From Girardia tigrina (taxonomy: Eukaryota), in the NCBI GenBank assembly GCA_001938485.1, contig MQRK01186363.1:9320-73319 (forward strand): a DNA stretch of 64,000 bases, read 5' to 3'. Below are positions 25,531 through 38,299 of the stretch, in pieces; position 1 is the stretch's first letter, and each line of letters opens with the position of its first letter. The translations under genes were made by a program, and so were the position numbers. A model generated the notes under the pieces. That model made no database searches. It was not told the DNA's origin and was given only the letters and a program-made list of their open reading frames with translations.

Positions 25531-26108
25531 TAAAAATAAAGTATAGAAATTCAAATTAAAAAATAATTTAAATGTTAATTTTTCCATATTCATTAATTTC
25601 AGAAAAACGTTATTCAAAAAATTATTGTTTCATTGAGTTATTCATAAAAAAACATTCCGATAATTTAATATTACATTTCGTCTTATCAAAAGAGTTTGAT
25701 CAGAGTATAATATCGTAATTAAATAAAAAATACCGACAATATTTTTTAATCATAAGTTTGCTCAGTAATTAAAAATGTCGAATAATATTAATTATACATA
25801 ATTTTCATCTGTATCTTCTAAAAAGCAAAGTCGTCTCACAAAATCGGCATTAAAATGTATTGTCTATTTTCTAAATGTTTTTTATGCAATACAGAGTTTT
25901 TATCATCCTTTAATAATATTTTTAAAAGCAAAATACATTTACAATAATTAATTTGTTGTTTTTTTGCGGTTTAGGAATTATTGAAATAGTTATATATATA
26001 TGTATATATAATTTGATACACATTTGAACTGGCCTTGATTAATGGTGAAATGAATTATTGTCTCGATGAGTCATAAATTCCATTTTTGAATATTAAATTT
26101 ATTCCCAA

Positions 26109-26145
26109 TACAAACGCGTTTCACCATTTCGGCATCTTCAGTGCA
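26109..26145 (-). ncRNA. Minimal type I hammerhead ribozyme motif (Penelope pLTR type)
   Basis: TGCA CTGAAGA TGCC GAAA TGGT GAAA CGCG TT TGTA. It lies in a repeat shared with 28155-28270. Confidence 0.75.
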
Positions 26146-26215
26146 ATGAAAGAAACTGATTAATTACTATTTATATAGTTGAAAAACTATTGCATCATAC
26201 GTCTCTAAAACATGC

Positions 26216-26246
<31 letters not shown>

Positions 26247-26626
26247 ATGTGTATATATATATATATATGAAAAATAATGTTGTTAATGTTTTTAAGGAAA
26301 TCTACGAACATGTTTCGGAATTTCAAATTTTATCATTAGCAATATTATTTAATGTTTTTTAGATTTGATGCAATTTTTATAAAATGTTACTTTTAAGGAA
26401 ATGATTATTTATTTATTTTAATAATTCAAGATTTTTTGGAAATTAATGAAAAATTCTTTTTTGAATTAAAGATTTTAAGACTTGAAACGGCTTTACTTTG
26501 TCAATTTTGTGGATGAGTTTGTTAGACTTTTTTACAACTTGACAATTTTATCTGAAAACAAATATTATCGGAAATAATTAGAACAATAGTCAACTTCAAA
26601 TAAATAATTATATAGATAATAATAAT

Positions 26627-27032
26627 CAGAGCCGTAGTGAGGGCGGATCGAGCGGTGCGGCCGCACCGGGCGCATGAGCGCCCAAATCGCAAAATGACCA
26701 ATTTTAATTTTGTTTGTTTTTATTATATATTAAAGTTGAAAAGTTATAAAATCAAAATTTTGTTAGTTTTTGGTTATTATTTTATGCGCAATATGGCAAC
26801 AACAATTTAAGTGATTTTGTATTATTTATTAATTATCTATAATCTATTTGGCTAATCTATAATTTCATTGCAAGGCTTAAGCATCAATGTTGCGTCATAG
26901 AGTATGTGAATACGACATTCGTATTCAATTTAATTCTTTTAAGGCATAATTTGTAGTAGTAAATCTTTTTCGCGCTGGGGGCGCCAGATTTGAACTTCGC
27001 ACAGGGCGCAATTTTTCCTTACTACGGCTCTG
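26627..27032. mobile_element. hAT-type MITE
   Basis: TIR CAGAGCCGTAGT / ACTACGGCTCTG, GC-rich subtermini, and flanks ATAATAAT / ATAGTAAA (6 of 8 match). Confidence 0.8.
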
Positions 27033-27059
27033 ATAGTAAATAACGGAGACATAAGTTAC

Positions 27060-27640
27060 ACTTGGATTATCGAAATAATTTCTTATTTTTTTGAAAATTG
27101 GACTCAGGAAGTATAAAACTACTATAACATGATGTGCTATTGATACGTCTTCTGCAGGAAGTTTTCTGCTGCTTTTTTGCTTCCTTTATCAGTTAAATAT
27201 AAAAATCGGAGTTGATTTTTACATTTGATACAATGAAAGCTCTTTTGATATAATGCAACAATTTTTTTCTTTTTATTTCCCACTTATGTAGGTCTTCCAG
27301 GCTTTTACAAATGAGAAACATTAGTGCGCCCACTTCTCATTCATAAATCCAGTTGTAAATGGTTATTTTACAAAGACATTCATTCTTGTAAACGTCGAAT
27401 AATTGTGCATTAATTTCCTGGCAGCTAGTTTTCTTCAAAAGTAAAAACTTTAATATGCTTCGAAATTCAATGTTTTCTGACGAAATAATGAAATAGCTCA
27501 ATTTTTTAAATACATAATTAACTGAAAAAACAAAACCACTTTTTCGTACCAGCATTTATTTAAGTATAATCACCGGCAATATCAATTTTATCACGTAATT
27601 ATTTTTTGCCGAGTCGGACAACTTATTCAGCGCATCACAT
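27060..27640 (-). mobile_element. Mariner remnant (N-terminal HTH)
   Basis: EFRSILKFLLLKKTSCQEINAQLFDVYKNECLCKITIYNW, followed by GRPT. Confidence 0.7.
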
Positions 27641-28218
27641 ATATTAAAAATTGATTTATACAGACAAATAAAACAATTTTTACTAAAAATGATCTCTGGA
27701 TATGAAGAAGGGATTTACAAAAGTCAAAACATGAGTAGACATGACAAGATTTTTATATCAAAGCAACTTCAAACTACATTTAACCGTTAAAATTATTATG
27801 TAGGTCGGGGTTGCATATCTTATATGACTTGCTATATTCACCATACGTTTCCCCGCTGAATTATCATTTATTCCTCTTATTACAGTTATTCCTTTCACGA
27901 TTAAATTCCGATAGAAATTTAGTTCCTTTGAATTCACTAAAAATGAAAAATAGAAGTAAATCATTTTGAAAGAATTACTCCAAACCTTCGATGAATCTTT
28001 TTGTTGTCGTAAAGATTAACAAAGGTTTTGACTTCTAATTATTCATAATTTGAATGGAATTTTCTTTATTTTTTAATGACTACTATGTATTATCTTCTTA
28101 AAATTATTTTAATTTTAAAAGAACAATAATAATAATATTTGATAATTATAATTTTTGTGGAGACGTATGATGTAATAGTTTTTAACTATATAAATAGAAC
28201 TAGTCCATTTTTATTCAT

Positions 28219-28255
28219 TACAATGAAGATTCCATAATAGTGAAACGCGTCTGTT
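28219..28255 (+). ncRNA. Degenerate minimal hammerhead ribozyme motif
   Basis: TACA ATGAAGA TTCC ATAA TAGT GAAA CGCG TC TGTT. The core C is mutated and stem II is weakened. Confidence 0.55.
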
Positions 28256-29075
28256 AAAAAAATAAATTTAATAATTAATTGCATTTATTTTCTTTATAAT
28301 TATTAATTTATTATTATATTAATTAAGTAAAATTAAGCCAGAGAAATTTTAGATCGTTCAAGTAGATTATTATTTAGAAATGTCGAACAAATGACTTTTT
28401 TACAACAAAAATGAATGGAAAAAATTGAGATACCAATTTTTTTCTAATCAGAAAAAATAACAGAAAATTTTTCTTAATATAAGGTAAATTTGTAATCATT
28501 TTTTGCATTAAATATTTATAGAAAATCTATTTAAACATAAATTATCTTTAGACAGAATCATGATAGTTTTTAATTTGATTATTTATATGTTGAAAGATTA
28601 AGAAATTAAATTAAATATAAAAAATTAATTCTTAAAAAAAGGAAATCAATTCCAAAAAAATGATTTACAAAAATTTTCTTATAAAAATATTTCTTCAAAT
28701 TTATACACTTATTCCAATATATATTTATTTTTTTTCAATAAAAACTAATTAAAAAAGTTCAAATAAATATTGAAAATTAATCATTGTCATAATATAAAAT
28801 TAAAAATATTTAAAAAATATACAGATAAAATACAAAAGTAATTTATTTATTTTGGCAATATATTTGATTATTTAATTATTGAAATAATTACAAATTAATT
28901 TATTAAAATTATCCATTATTATTCATTGTTTTTTTTTCAAAGTAAAACGGGAGCGGTTGTATATTAAAGTATAAAATATTTTTTTCATAGCAAAAAATAT
29001 GAAAATAATGCTTTGTGATAAAAACTTAAAATATTATTTAGATGAATCAAAAATCAGTTTGTATAAAATTGTTAG

Positions 29076-29438
29076 TTACACTCGTAGGTAGAAATCGTAG
29101 TAAAATATATTCAAGAAATTCAAATAATTTGAGGATGAAAATGAGCTATAAAACTCAAATATTTAGAACGACAATGTCTAAAAGGATAATTAAAAAAACA
29201 TCATTCATTACTACCATCTTAAAGTCATAATATACAGGGTCATAATATAAGTCATATAATATACTAGTCATATAATATAATATACAAAGTCATAAGATGG
29301 TGGTAATGAATGATGTTTTTTTAATTATCCTTTTAGACATTGTCGTTCTAAATATTTGAGTTGTAGAGCTCATTTTCATCCTCAAATTATTTGAATTTCT
29401 TGAATATATTTTACTACGATTTCTACCTACGAGTGTAA
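29076..29438. repeat. 146-bp near-perfect inverted repeat with a 71-bp tandem-repeat spacer
   Basis: Arms 29076-29221 and 29293-29438 differ at 3 positions by my count. The spacer is built from GTCATA(ATATA) units. Confidence 0.92.
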
Positions 29439-29442
29439 TTAC

Positions 29443-30450
29443 CAGTATTGGTTTCTCGTCAAACATTGTAATACCGGTAATACCGGTATTGGTCATGAAA
29501 AATGAAACTTTAAAAATCATTTATGTATTTTGATTTATTATAAAAATGACAGTATTTTTATCTAATAATCTTAAAGATTTAAGGATAAGACCATCTAATT
29601 TTTAAAAACTAATTAATTAATACAATTTGTTCTAAAAATATTATCACAAGAAGTTCAAGAAGAAGATCAAAAACTGATTAACTAATTAAATTGATTAAAT
29701 AAATATGAGCACAAGAAGCAAAAACAATCCAAAGTAGAGTCAATCATTCCGGATCGTATCTTACAAAAGAAACCCGCAGCACAAAGGCCTCTGCTTCAAT
29801 ACTTGATGGAGCGATTGCCAATAGAGCTTGATATAAGAATTCCAAATATTTTCCCCTGGTATCCATAAACAGTTTAAATTCTACTGTGAGGATGTTTCTG
29901 ATATTTTTTGAGCCTTTCAGTTTTAGTACTATCATTTGATGAAAATTTTTTTGAATCATTAAATGCTATTTTTCCTTCATTGACAAATTTTCTGGTTCAG
30001 ATGGCTGCGCTGTCTCTGGACTGTTAATTATTTGAACTGGTAAATCGAGAGCAGTATTTAACTTTTCCTCACTGGAAAAGCCCAGTCAGCTTTTTAATGA
30101 AGATTTGAAAGTATTCATCGTTGTCATTTATATAACTGTCCGAATTATGTAAGAGAGTCAATAAATATGAGAATTTTGTTCGTCTTTCATCAATGACTTA
30201 AAATAAACTATCTTTTAGTTTATTACTTAGCCATTTTTTGTTTAGATAATTCCTCCAGCGTGAACTTAAAAATGATGACTGCAGACAGTAAATATACATC
30301 TGAAGAAGAAAGAGTCTCAACAGCAGCTTTTGTCGGTTCTAAAGCATGTATTATTAAGAAATTAAATGCATACTTTTTCCATTGCGAGTAGATTTTGATT
30401 AGATTTGTGACACCATTCACTACCCCAAACTCAATATTCAATTGCATTAC
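29443..30450 (-). mobile_element. hAT transposon 3' fragment
   Basis: LEPTKAAVETLSSSDVYLLSA and RGKYLEFLYQALLAIAPSSIEAE (dimerisation motif). AATACCGGT subterminal repeats at 29470-29490. Confidence 0.8.
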
Positions 30451-32967
30451 TGGTATCAGTCATGACCCCGTTAAAATAATCATTATAAAAATACCAAAGA
30501 ATGAATAGAGTTAAATTAATTTTAAAGTATCCTAAATTATTATTAAATAAATACAATAAACAAATTTAATTACTTATTACTACATTAATAGTCTGAAATT
30601 TGTGACTTATGAGAAAGCATGTTTGTAGTCAATGAATACATTTAGTTTTCTTTCATTTGTTCCTTTAATGCATATTGTGAGGCATTTCCATGTACCTCGA
30701 GATTTACCTTTTAATTATTCATATTATTATAATTTATTTGAAAGTCATGGATGGCAGTAAATATGGCAAGAGAGAAAAATCTTGTTAAGACATTTAAGAG
30801 AAATTACTTTTGTTACTTTTTATAAATTTTCATACCATGCTTTGAAATATTTTGTATATGACTTCATCTTGAGGTAATGTTTTATTTTTTTAAATGTTTT
30901 TTTTTAAGTCTAAAAATTGCAATGTATATATATATATATGTATATGTATATTTGTGTGTGCGTTATGCCGATGTTGGGAGCGTTCATAAAATATAAAATT
31001 TTTGAATCTTATCAAATTATTAAATAAACAATTACATTCCGTAAAATATTGTTATAAATATCTTAAAATAAGATTTTCAGAAATTTAATGTAAAAAATTA
31101 ATTTAAGTAAGAAATAAAATAAATTTTACGGTAGGGTTATTAAATTTATGTAAAGATTTATTATAAAGTAAAAAAAGTTAATTTCAAATTTGATGAAAAT
31201 ATTTATTTGAAATAAAATAAAAAGTAATTTAAGTTTGATATTTATTTGCGAAATAAAAGTAAACGAAATCATTTTGGTAACTTTTAAATGAAAGTAAATT
31301 AAAAATGTGGTTATAATGTGGTTTTTGGAAAAAGTAATTATAATGGTTTTGGAAATTAAAATGGGAATTAAAAAATAATTGTAAAACCATTAAATCGACA
31401 TAAATAAAAAATGCGATTTTAATTTTTTTTGGAAAATGTAATTGAGAAACAGGAAAATTTAAATGTACTATAAAATTGAAAAATTAATAAAAGATACAAC
31501 AAAAATCTTTGTGACAAAATTTTAATTCACTATAATTTTTTATTAAAGAAAATATAGAATTTTTAATTTGTAAAAAAATATACTAACCATATTTTTATTT
31601 ATATCTGTTAAAAGATAAGATGCTTTCCTAAAATATATTAAATAATACAATAATGAACTAAACATTCAATTGGCATATCTTATATATCAGCACACCTCAA
31701 TCCGGTTGCATAACTGGATTAGGGAGATCTGCTGGGTTAGCATACATTCCACATACATCTAATAATGATAATAATATGTTTATAATAATATTCTCAATAA
31801 TAATTAACAACCATAATAATAATAATAATTCACACATCCTTACAATATCTATTTTTATTTATATTGGTTGTGTAAAAAAGAAAGTACAAAAAATATTTGT
31901 TTAAAAAAATTCAAATTGTTATAGAAATAAATTTTTGTGTTCATGATAATGTCTTTTGAGCAAGAACCCAATAGCCGAATTAACGAATGTATCTTAAGTG
32001 GTCACACAAAATATTGCAGTTTGTCCTTCAACCATTGATTAAGTCGAATTTCTACTAATTTTGTTTCATTTAATTATTACCAAAATGTCCTAAATCCGAA
32101 TTCGTGATTTTCAACGCCCCCAAAAATAAAAGTAATTTTGTCAGTTATGAAAATAATATATTTCATTATAAGTTACAAATCAAACATACTATTTATCTTT
32201 CTTTTTAAGACATTTTTATTGATGCTTCAGCAACGTATACATTCTTAGCTTTCTTTTTTATTTTTATTGTAATAGTTTTTATTTTTTGAAAAACACATTA
32301 GTAAATTTATTGCATTTACATTATACTGAGTATTCTTCAATTAAAGTTTATTTTAAAAAAATTCTAAAATTAACATTAGAATGCGCTTAGTAATTATTAT
32401 GAATCCATTTACTATTTTTTCTACAATTTGATGTAAAAAAATCTTAGATTAATTCTTTGTAAAACTTTTCCCTAATGTTTTTAATTTCTAATACACAAAT
32501 AAATCTCAGATTTTAATTTCTGAAACTTTATTAAATTTAGAACTATTCTTTCGGTATAATTTGTCCGTGATTACATTCATGGTTCAAAACTTCATCACCA
32601 AATTTATTTTGAATGTATAACTACTAGAACAAACAATAAACTCATTTTTATCAAGTGATGCTGTGGCAACATTATCTGCTCCAGCAAAATGCTATTTTTC
32701 ATTCTTGAAATATTTAAAATTAATTATTTTATTTGTTCTCAAAAATTGTTCTTAAAACAACAAGATTGATAAAACGCTCAAAGAAATTCATAAATTTTAA
32801 AATAATTGTTTCATTATAAAAACAGTATTATAATGAACAATGAAAGTTGTAGCATATTCGAATATATAAAGCTTTCGTATGACCGTGAAGAATGATTTTT
32901 TGATTTTAAATTGATTACTTTTTGGTTTGAGAATAAAAATTGAAATTTTTGTATTGTATATTCAAAT

Positions 32968-33148
32968 TGTGAGGAATGTTCTGTGTGATACTCTACTTCC
33001 GCGTGTTTTGTGTTAGAAATGATGTTGTCTTTCTTTCGAGTTTGTACCTGATCTCGATTTGTCTAAGTGGTAATTGTATGTAGGCTTTCATGAATGTGAT
33101 GTATATTGGATTTGTGGTGAGTTTGTATTGTATTTTCTATTTTTATGG
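32968..33148 (+). repeat. LTR 5' segment (TGTGAGGAATGTT family)
   Basis: Starts TGTGAGGAATGTT like the LTR at 2788 and has the same TG-rich composition. Confidence 0.6.
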
Positions 33149-33575
33149 TGTCTGAGACATTTACGAGGGCGACCTGGATCGATGTTTTGTGATGATACTG
33201 GTTCTCTAACCATGTCTGTGCTGTCTGGGGTGGAAAGACAGAACAACGATCATGTGTTAGAGATGTTCGATTAAATCATGAAGAATAATGAGATTCCAGA
33301 TGAAACGCTTTACGGAAAGTCAGGTTATTTAATTATGCTCTTATTGTTGAATAAATACGAACGGAACGTACCGGCAGAGATCATTAAAAAATATTTTCAA
33401 GTCAATTATTAATTTTGGATTAAAATTATCCAAACTGAAAAAAAGAAAGAGTGATGCCCATGTACTGTCAGGAATAATGTTCAATCTTTTACAAGTTTAT
33501 TTAAATGATTCTCTGATTGAATTGCAATCAGAAATTCAATCGGATATTTTCAATTATGTTTATCCAACAATGGGA
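33149..33575 (+). pseudogene. LANCL: LanC-like protein (LANCL family) intronless pseudogene fragment
   Basis: CLRHLRGRPGSMFCDDTGSLTMSV...*IMKNNEIPDETLYGKSGYLIMLLLLNKY...(frameshift)IFKSIINFGLKLS...DAHVLSGIMFNLLQ matches the LANCL motifs TFLCGDAGPLAV, PDELLYGRAGYL and AAHGxxGIxxxLMQ in order. Confidence 0.82.
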
Positions 33576-33929
33576 ATTTTAATAAAACTAAAAAGAAAAA
33601 TAATCAATAAATAAATAGATTGAATAGCTCTAATAATTATTTTGCCGTGTATGTTTTATGACAATAATTTATGATTGAAAAATTATGATCACAGTTATCG
33701 AGGTCTTGTACGTTATCTATTTTTATTTTTATTAAAATAGTTTATTTGTTGGTTGTTTCTTTATTTTTTTTACTCTACTCATTTTATTTAATTACCGGGG
33801 TTCTATTTTCATAAAGATTAATCTCGCCCAAATTCCTTTAGACTTTTTTGGGTTAGATTAATTTTGGTTTTTGTATCGCCATTACAGATAAAAATACTGT
33901 GATCTGTGTTTATTGGATACAGTATTTTT

Positions 33930-34900
33930 TCATTCTAAATTGTTTGTTGTTTTGTAAATTGAAAGTTGTATGTTGATTCGAATTGTCTCTCCTACCCAAA
34001 TGGATGATTGGTATTTTCTTTGATTCATACTAATTGAAAAGTTTCCGAATGTAATGTTTAATTTTAATGTAATTCAAAATTTTAATATATTAAGTTAATT
34101 ATTCAGAAAATATCAAAATGATGGCACCTTCTGTTTAAAAAAAACACGTCATTTGTACAATAAAAATTTATTTATAACAATTAATTTCGACGGTATAACC
34201 GTCATCGTCAGGTCTCAAGAAAAAATGAGCTTTAAATCTGCTTATTTTGGCAAGCAGTGATTATGTCATCAATTGATTATTATGTAACCTAAATACGCTC
34301 AATAGGGTTTTCGAGACACCTGTTTGGCACATTAATCTTAGGATCTAAAGATATGATACATAGTGCTTCACAGGCCACTCTCTCCCAATAGTTTCTAAAA
34401 CAAATATTAATTTAATTAGTACTTTTTTAAAAAAAAATGTTTAGATTGGATTTTAACCAATTAGAGTTTTGATAATTAATTTTTAAGGGATATGTGGTAT
34501 AGTTTTATTTGAAGAATTGTTATAATGAAAATTCTATTTGTAATAATAATAAATGTTCAAAAAGTCATATTGACTTTGATATTAATAATCGAATTCAAAT
34601 TATCATATTGAATCAATTATCTGACTCTGAATTAAGCAAAAGATTCTTCAAAAACAAATACCGTATTTCTTCTATTACAGCGACTTGTTCCATTAGACCG
34701 ACATGATGACTACCATTCGAAACAATAGAGTAGCATTGCTTAATTAGAGCGACATTAGATTGTCAGATTGATATTGATCCATTGTTGTATTTTACGGAAA
34801 CTTTCAATACTTCCCCTTTTATAATATATATAAAATACCCTATTCTAAGACTATTGGTATCAAACTTCCTATCCCGATTTTGTGTTGGTTCTGAAAGATA
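33930..34900 (+). repeat. LTR copy with Cys-motif ORF remnant (34509-34706)
   Basis: 33930-34040 and 34430-34480 align with the reverse complement of 2560-2460 and 2345-2285. Translation KNCYNENSICNNNKCSKSHID. Confidence 0.72.
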
Positions 34901-35094
34901 TTAGTTTAAAATAATTAGATTCAATTTTGAAAATGTTACTTTTAATATAAATTTTTTTAAACAAAATTAATTAAATGACATATAAATTAAGGAATATTAT
35001 CATTAAAATTTTAAACGACAAAAATTATTTTTTATAATAAAAAAATAATATTCAATTAAAAATCAAATTTTCAAATTCTAATCATACTTCGGAA

Positions 35095-36460
35095 GAATAT
35101 GGAAGAGTATTCCAATCGTCATATAAGGACTTCATTTACACTTGGATTCAAGTTAAGTGTTATAGAAAATGTCAAGAAGACTTATAACAGCTCTTATAAC
35201 AGCATAGTTATAACAGAAGACTTATAACAGCATTTTGGGATTAGTCGATCTGTCATCATTGACTGGAGGAAACAAGAGAAATAATTACAAGGTGAGACCC
35301 AACTACTTTCGCAAACAAGCAAGAGAGCCTTTGTGGTAGAGGAAGGAAGCTAGCTTCAACTAAATTAGAGGAGGAATTATTTGTGTGGTATGAAAAATAA
35401 TTTATTAATAAGAAAGTCTTGGTTTCTAACAGACTTGTGGTAAATAAATCTATAATCGTAAACCAGTGGCTGGTGAAAAGCTGAAAATGACGTTTTCAAA
35501 AGACTGGTTGGACAAATTTCTGGTACGACACAACATTGTACAGCGTACTACCACAACTGTTTTGTCAAAAGCCACCACAAGACTACATTGAAAAGCTTGT
35601 ATCCTTTATTCTCTTTATTTCCCAGAAGCGACAGAAAGAAAACTATGCACTGGAAATGATTTATGGCGCAAACGAGACTGCGGTCTGGCTTGATTCCACA
35701 CCCTCAACTGCTCTAGCACCTCGTGGGTCAAAGGATGATGCTGTTTCCAATTGTGGTTATACCAAGCTAAATATCACTGTTGTTTTGACTACCCGAGCGA
35801 ATGGAGCCAAATGTCTTTCTTACATCTTCATCAATCACAAGCGACCAATACCATAAATCGAAAGTCAATTAGGTGGAAAGTTGCTCATCAATTGGGCTGG
35901 AAAATCGTGAATGGATGACAACTTCACAGAACATTATCTCCGACGTGTTATAGACATAATCTTTTCCAAAAGCGACTTTTGTATGGAACGCTTTTCGATG
36001 CCATACCAGTGTGAATACAAAAAAGTTCTTCTTTCTATGAAAGAATGTCGCAGTTGTTGATGGAGGCTGTACCAAATTCATTAAACCTGCGGACGTATCC
36101 TGGAATAAACCTTTCAATATCAAAACTTCTGAATTACGCACGGCCTGGATTTCAATAGGAAACATTCCACTGACACGTACTGGAAAGAACATTGCACCAC
36201 CATCTTCCGAGATATATTTCCAATGAATTGTGGAGGGATGGAAGTCGGTTTCATCAGAAATTATCAAGAATTCATTCATTGCATGCTGAATAACCATTAT
36301 TTGCAATACCATCTGGTTTATGGAGCTTCGTAAAAACGAGGGGTAAACATCAAAATGGGATCATTGCTAGCAGTGCTGGAAAATGTGGAATTTGATGTGG
36401 AATCTGTGTATGATTCATATAACGATAGTATGAGTCAATATGAATCAAATTCTGATTGAT
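35095..36460 (+). mobile_element. pogo/Tigger-family transposase pseudogene (HTH, CENP-B HTH, DDE_1)
   Basis: GISRSVIIDWRKQ, LEEELFVWY, FSKDWLDKFLVRHNI, GANETAVWLD, ITVVLTTRANGAK, SWMDD, GGCTKFIKPADVSWNKPF and EIIKNSFIAC. Confidence 0.9.
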
Positions 36461-37895
36461 GCTTGGTTGCATATACATATTTTATTTGTTGAAAATATAA
36501 TTTCATAAATTCTAAGGCTTTTGTATGTTTACTGTCTAAAGAAAACCATAAGCAGTTCTTATTCTCACGATCATATAACACGTTAAATTTAATTAAACTC
36601 GTTCTTCCTACCTACTTACCTACTTCTTTTACCTGATTCTCATGATCAATTTGAAGTTAATGATAAAATTGCTCTAATAGACCGACATATGGAAAACCAT
36701 TTGAAAAATTAGAGCAATATGTTCCTTTAGACCGACATGATAACGACCATTCGAAACAATAGACTGACATTTTACTCTATCAGAAGAAATAGGTATGTTA
36801 GGAATAAACAAAATTCCTTTCTTTAATGCTTTATTTTCAAAATCACTTGGTGAACAGCAACTCCATGAAGACACAGGTCGATTGAGATTGTTCCAAATAA
36901 CTATGATATTCGAGTGATACCTGAAATTTAATTAAACTGTAAACTTAGCACTTTTTCTCTTATACATTCTGTTATACATTTTATACATTCTTCTAAAATA
37001 TAGTTTTAAAATTTTTCCTAAATTTTTCGATCTCCTTTCTATGTAATCATCCCGATCAAATGACTCCGCAAATGGTTGTTTCTTATTAGTCGTTCTCTTT
37101 ATCTTTGATCGGTATAATCTTTCTCATTGTTCCATTTCCGTTGATAGCGTTTTTTCAACCATTTTGAGTTTTCATGACATACACAAGAAATAATTTTTTT
37201 GACTTTATACTTTCTTTTTGTATCTTATTTTTCCTTATTTTTTCTCTACGTAATTGAGGTGCTCTTCTTTTTTTCGCTACCGTTATCCGTTCATTTTTTA
37301 TCTAGTGTTATACCGTAATTAGGGAATTTCTGTTATTCTTATCCTATCAATAAATTATTATTTGTATTTTTTCGATCTCATCTGACTGTGTTACATTTCA
37401 GATCTCTTGATTGAAATGACCATCTTCAATTATATTAGCTAGTTCAATCATAAGTTTGATAGTGCCTTCTTAATCAAATTTTTCTCAACTAGTTTTTTTA
37501 TCTAATATATTTCGCGGAACAAAATTGACTGGTCACAGGAATTTACTTTCAACGTTTTGAGATCTTTTTTTAAATCTAAAATAGATTTTTCTTTTGAAAA
37601 TGCTTCTTGCACCTTCTTTTTCCTAAAGAACCTGTTGTTGCTTTCTGGTATTTCACAATTACACATAGAGTCAGGTAAGGTGATACCAGCATGACTTTCC
37701 TGTCTTCTGATAAATCCACAGACTTTGAATATCTGTTAAAACTTATCTAAAATTCATGGGACCTCTCAGATGTTTATGGAACTTTTATGTTCTGAGTCAC
37801 GTTGTGTTCAGAAGTCATGTTTTATAACTAACACACTGGTTCTGACTTTTAATGGAAATGCGATTTTGATCATGCAGAGTTTTCAATCGTAGACA

Positions 37896-38299
37896 TTGTT
37901 TTTCTTGGTATCGTAGCCCTTGGGCCATGGGTGCACTCAAATATGCACAAGCATATCGCTTGGTTTTATATATTTTTTGAGTGTCTCAGTAGGCAAGGAA
38001 TCTAGTGGTGCCTATCTCCTCTCCAGGTATGGATGGTCGTTGGAATCCGGCCTTTGGTAAATTTTGTTTTTCATCCTGCTTGGAGTCCACACACCATCTT
38101 CGCCCAACTCATCTCTGGGTGAGTGAACCGGTTTAGTCGAGAACAATTCGACCATGGGACATGTGTTACAGGTTTACATGGTACCTGTAGCAGACATTTT
38201 TTTTCTATCGGTCACACAAATAAGAACTAACGCGGCCGTTGGTTGATTAACATCGTAGATCGGATGAGATCCGACGTACCCAACTGCGGCCATTGACTA
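37896..38299 (-). mobile_element. 5S-rRNA-headed repeat (SINE3-like), copy A
   Basis: The reverse complement is colinear with 48853-49296 over about 400 bp. The head contains GGATCTCATCCGATCT..GTTAATCAACC..GGCCGCGTTAGT; the 3' part of the 5S stem is deleted. Confidence 0.8.

Noticed and set aside
29042-29520. Two near-identical small proteins on opposite strands
   Set aside because: They are translations of the two arms of the inverted repeat, with no independent coding evidence.
35869-36312. 147-aa minus-strand ORF
   Set aside because: Antisense shadow of the pogo DDE region. The same applies to 3324, 4426, 6727, 7152, 43613, 45455, 46054 and 56745, which lie opposite TE genes.
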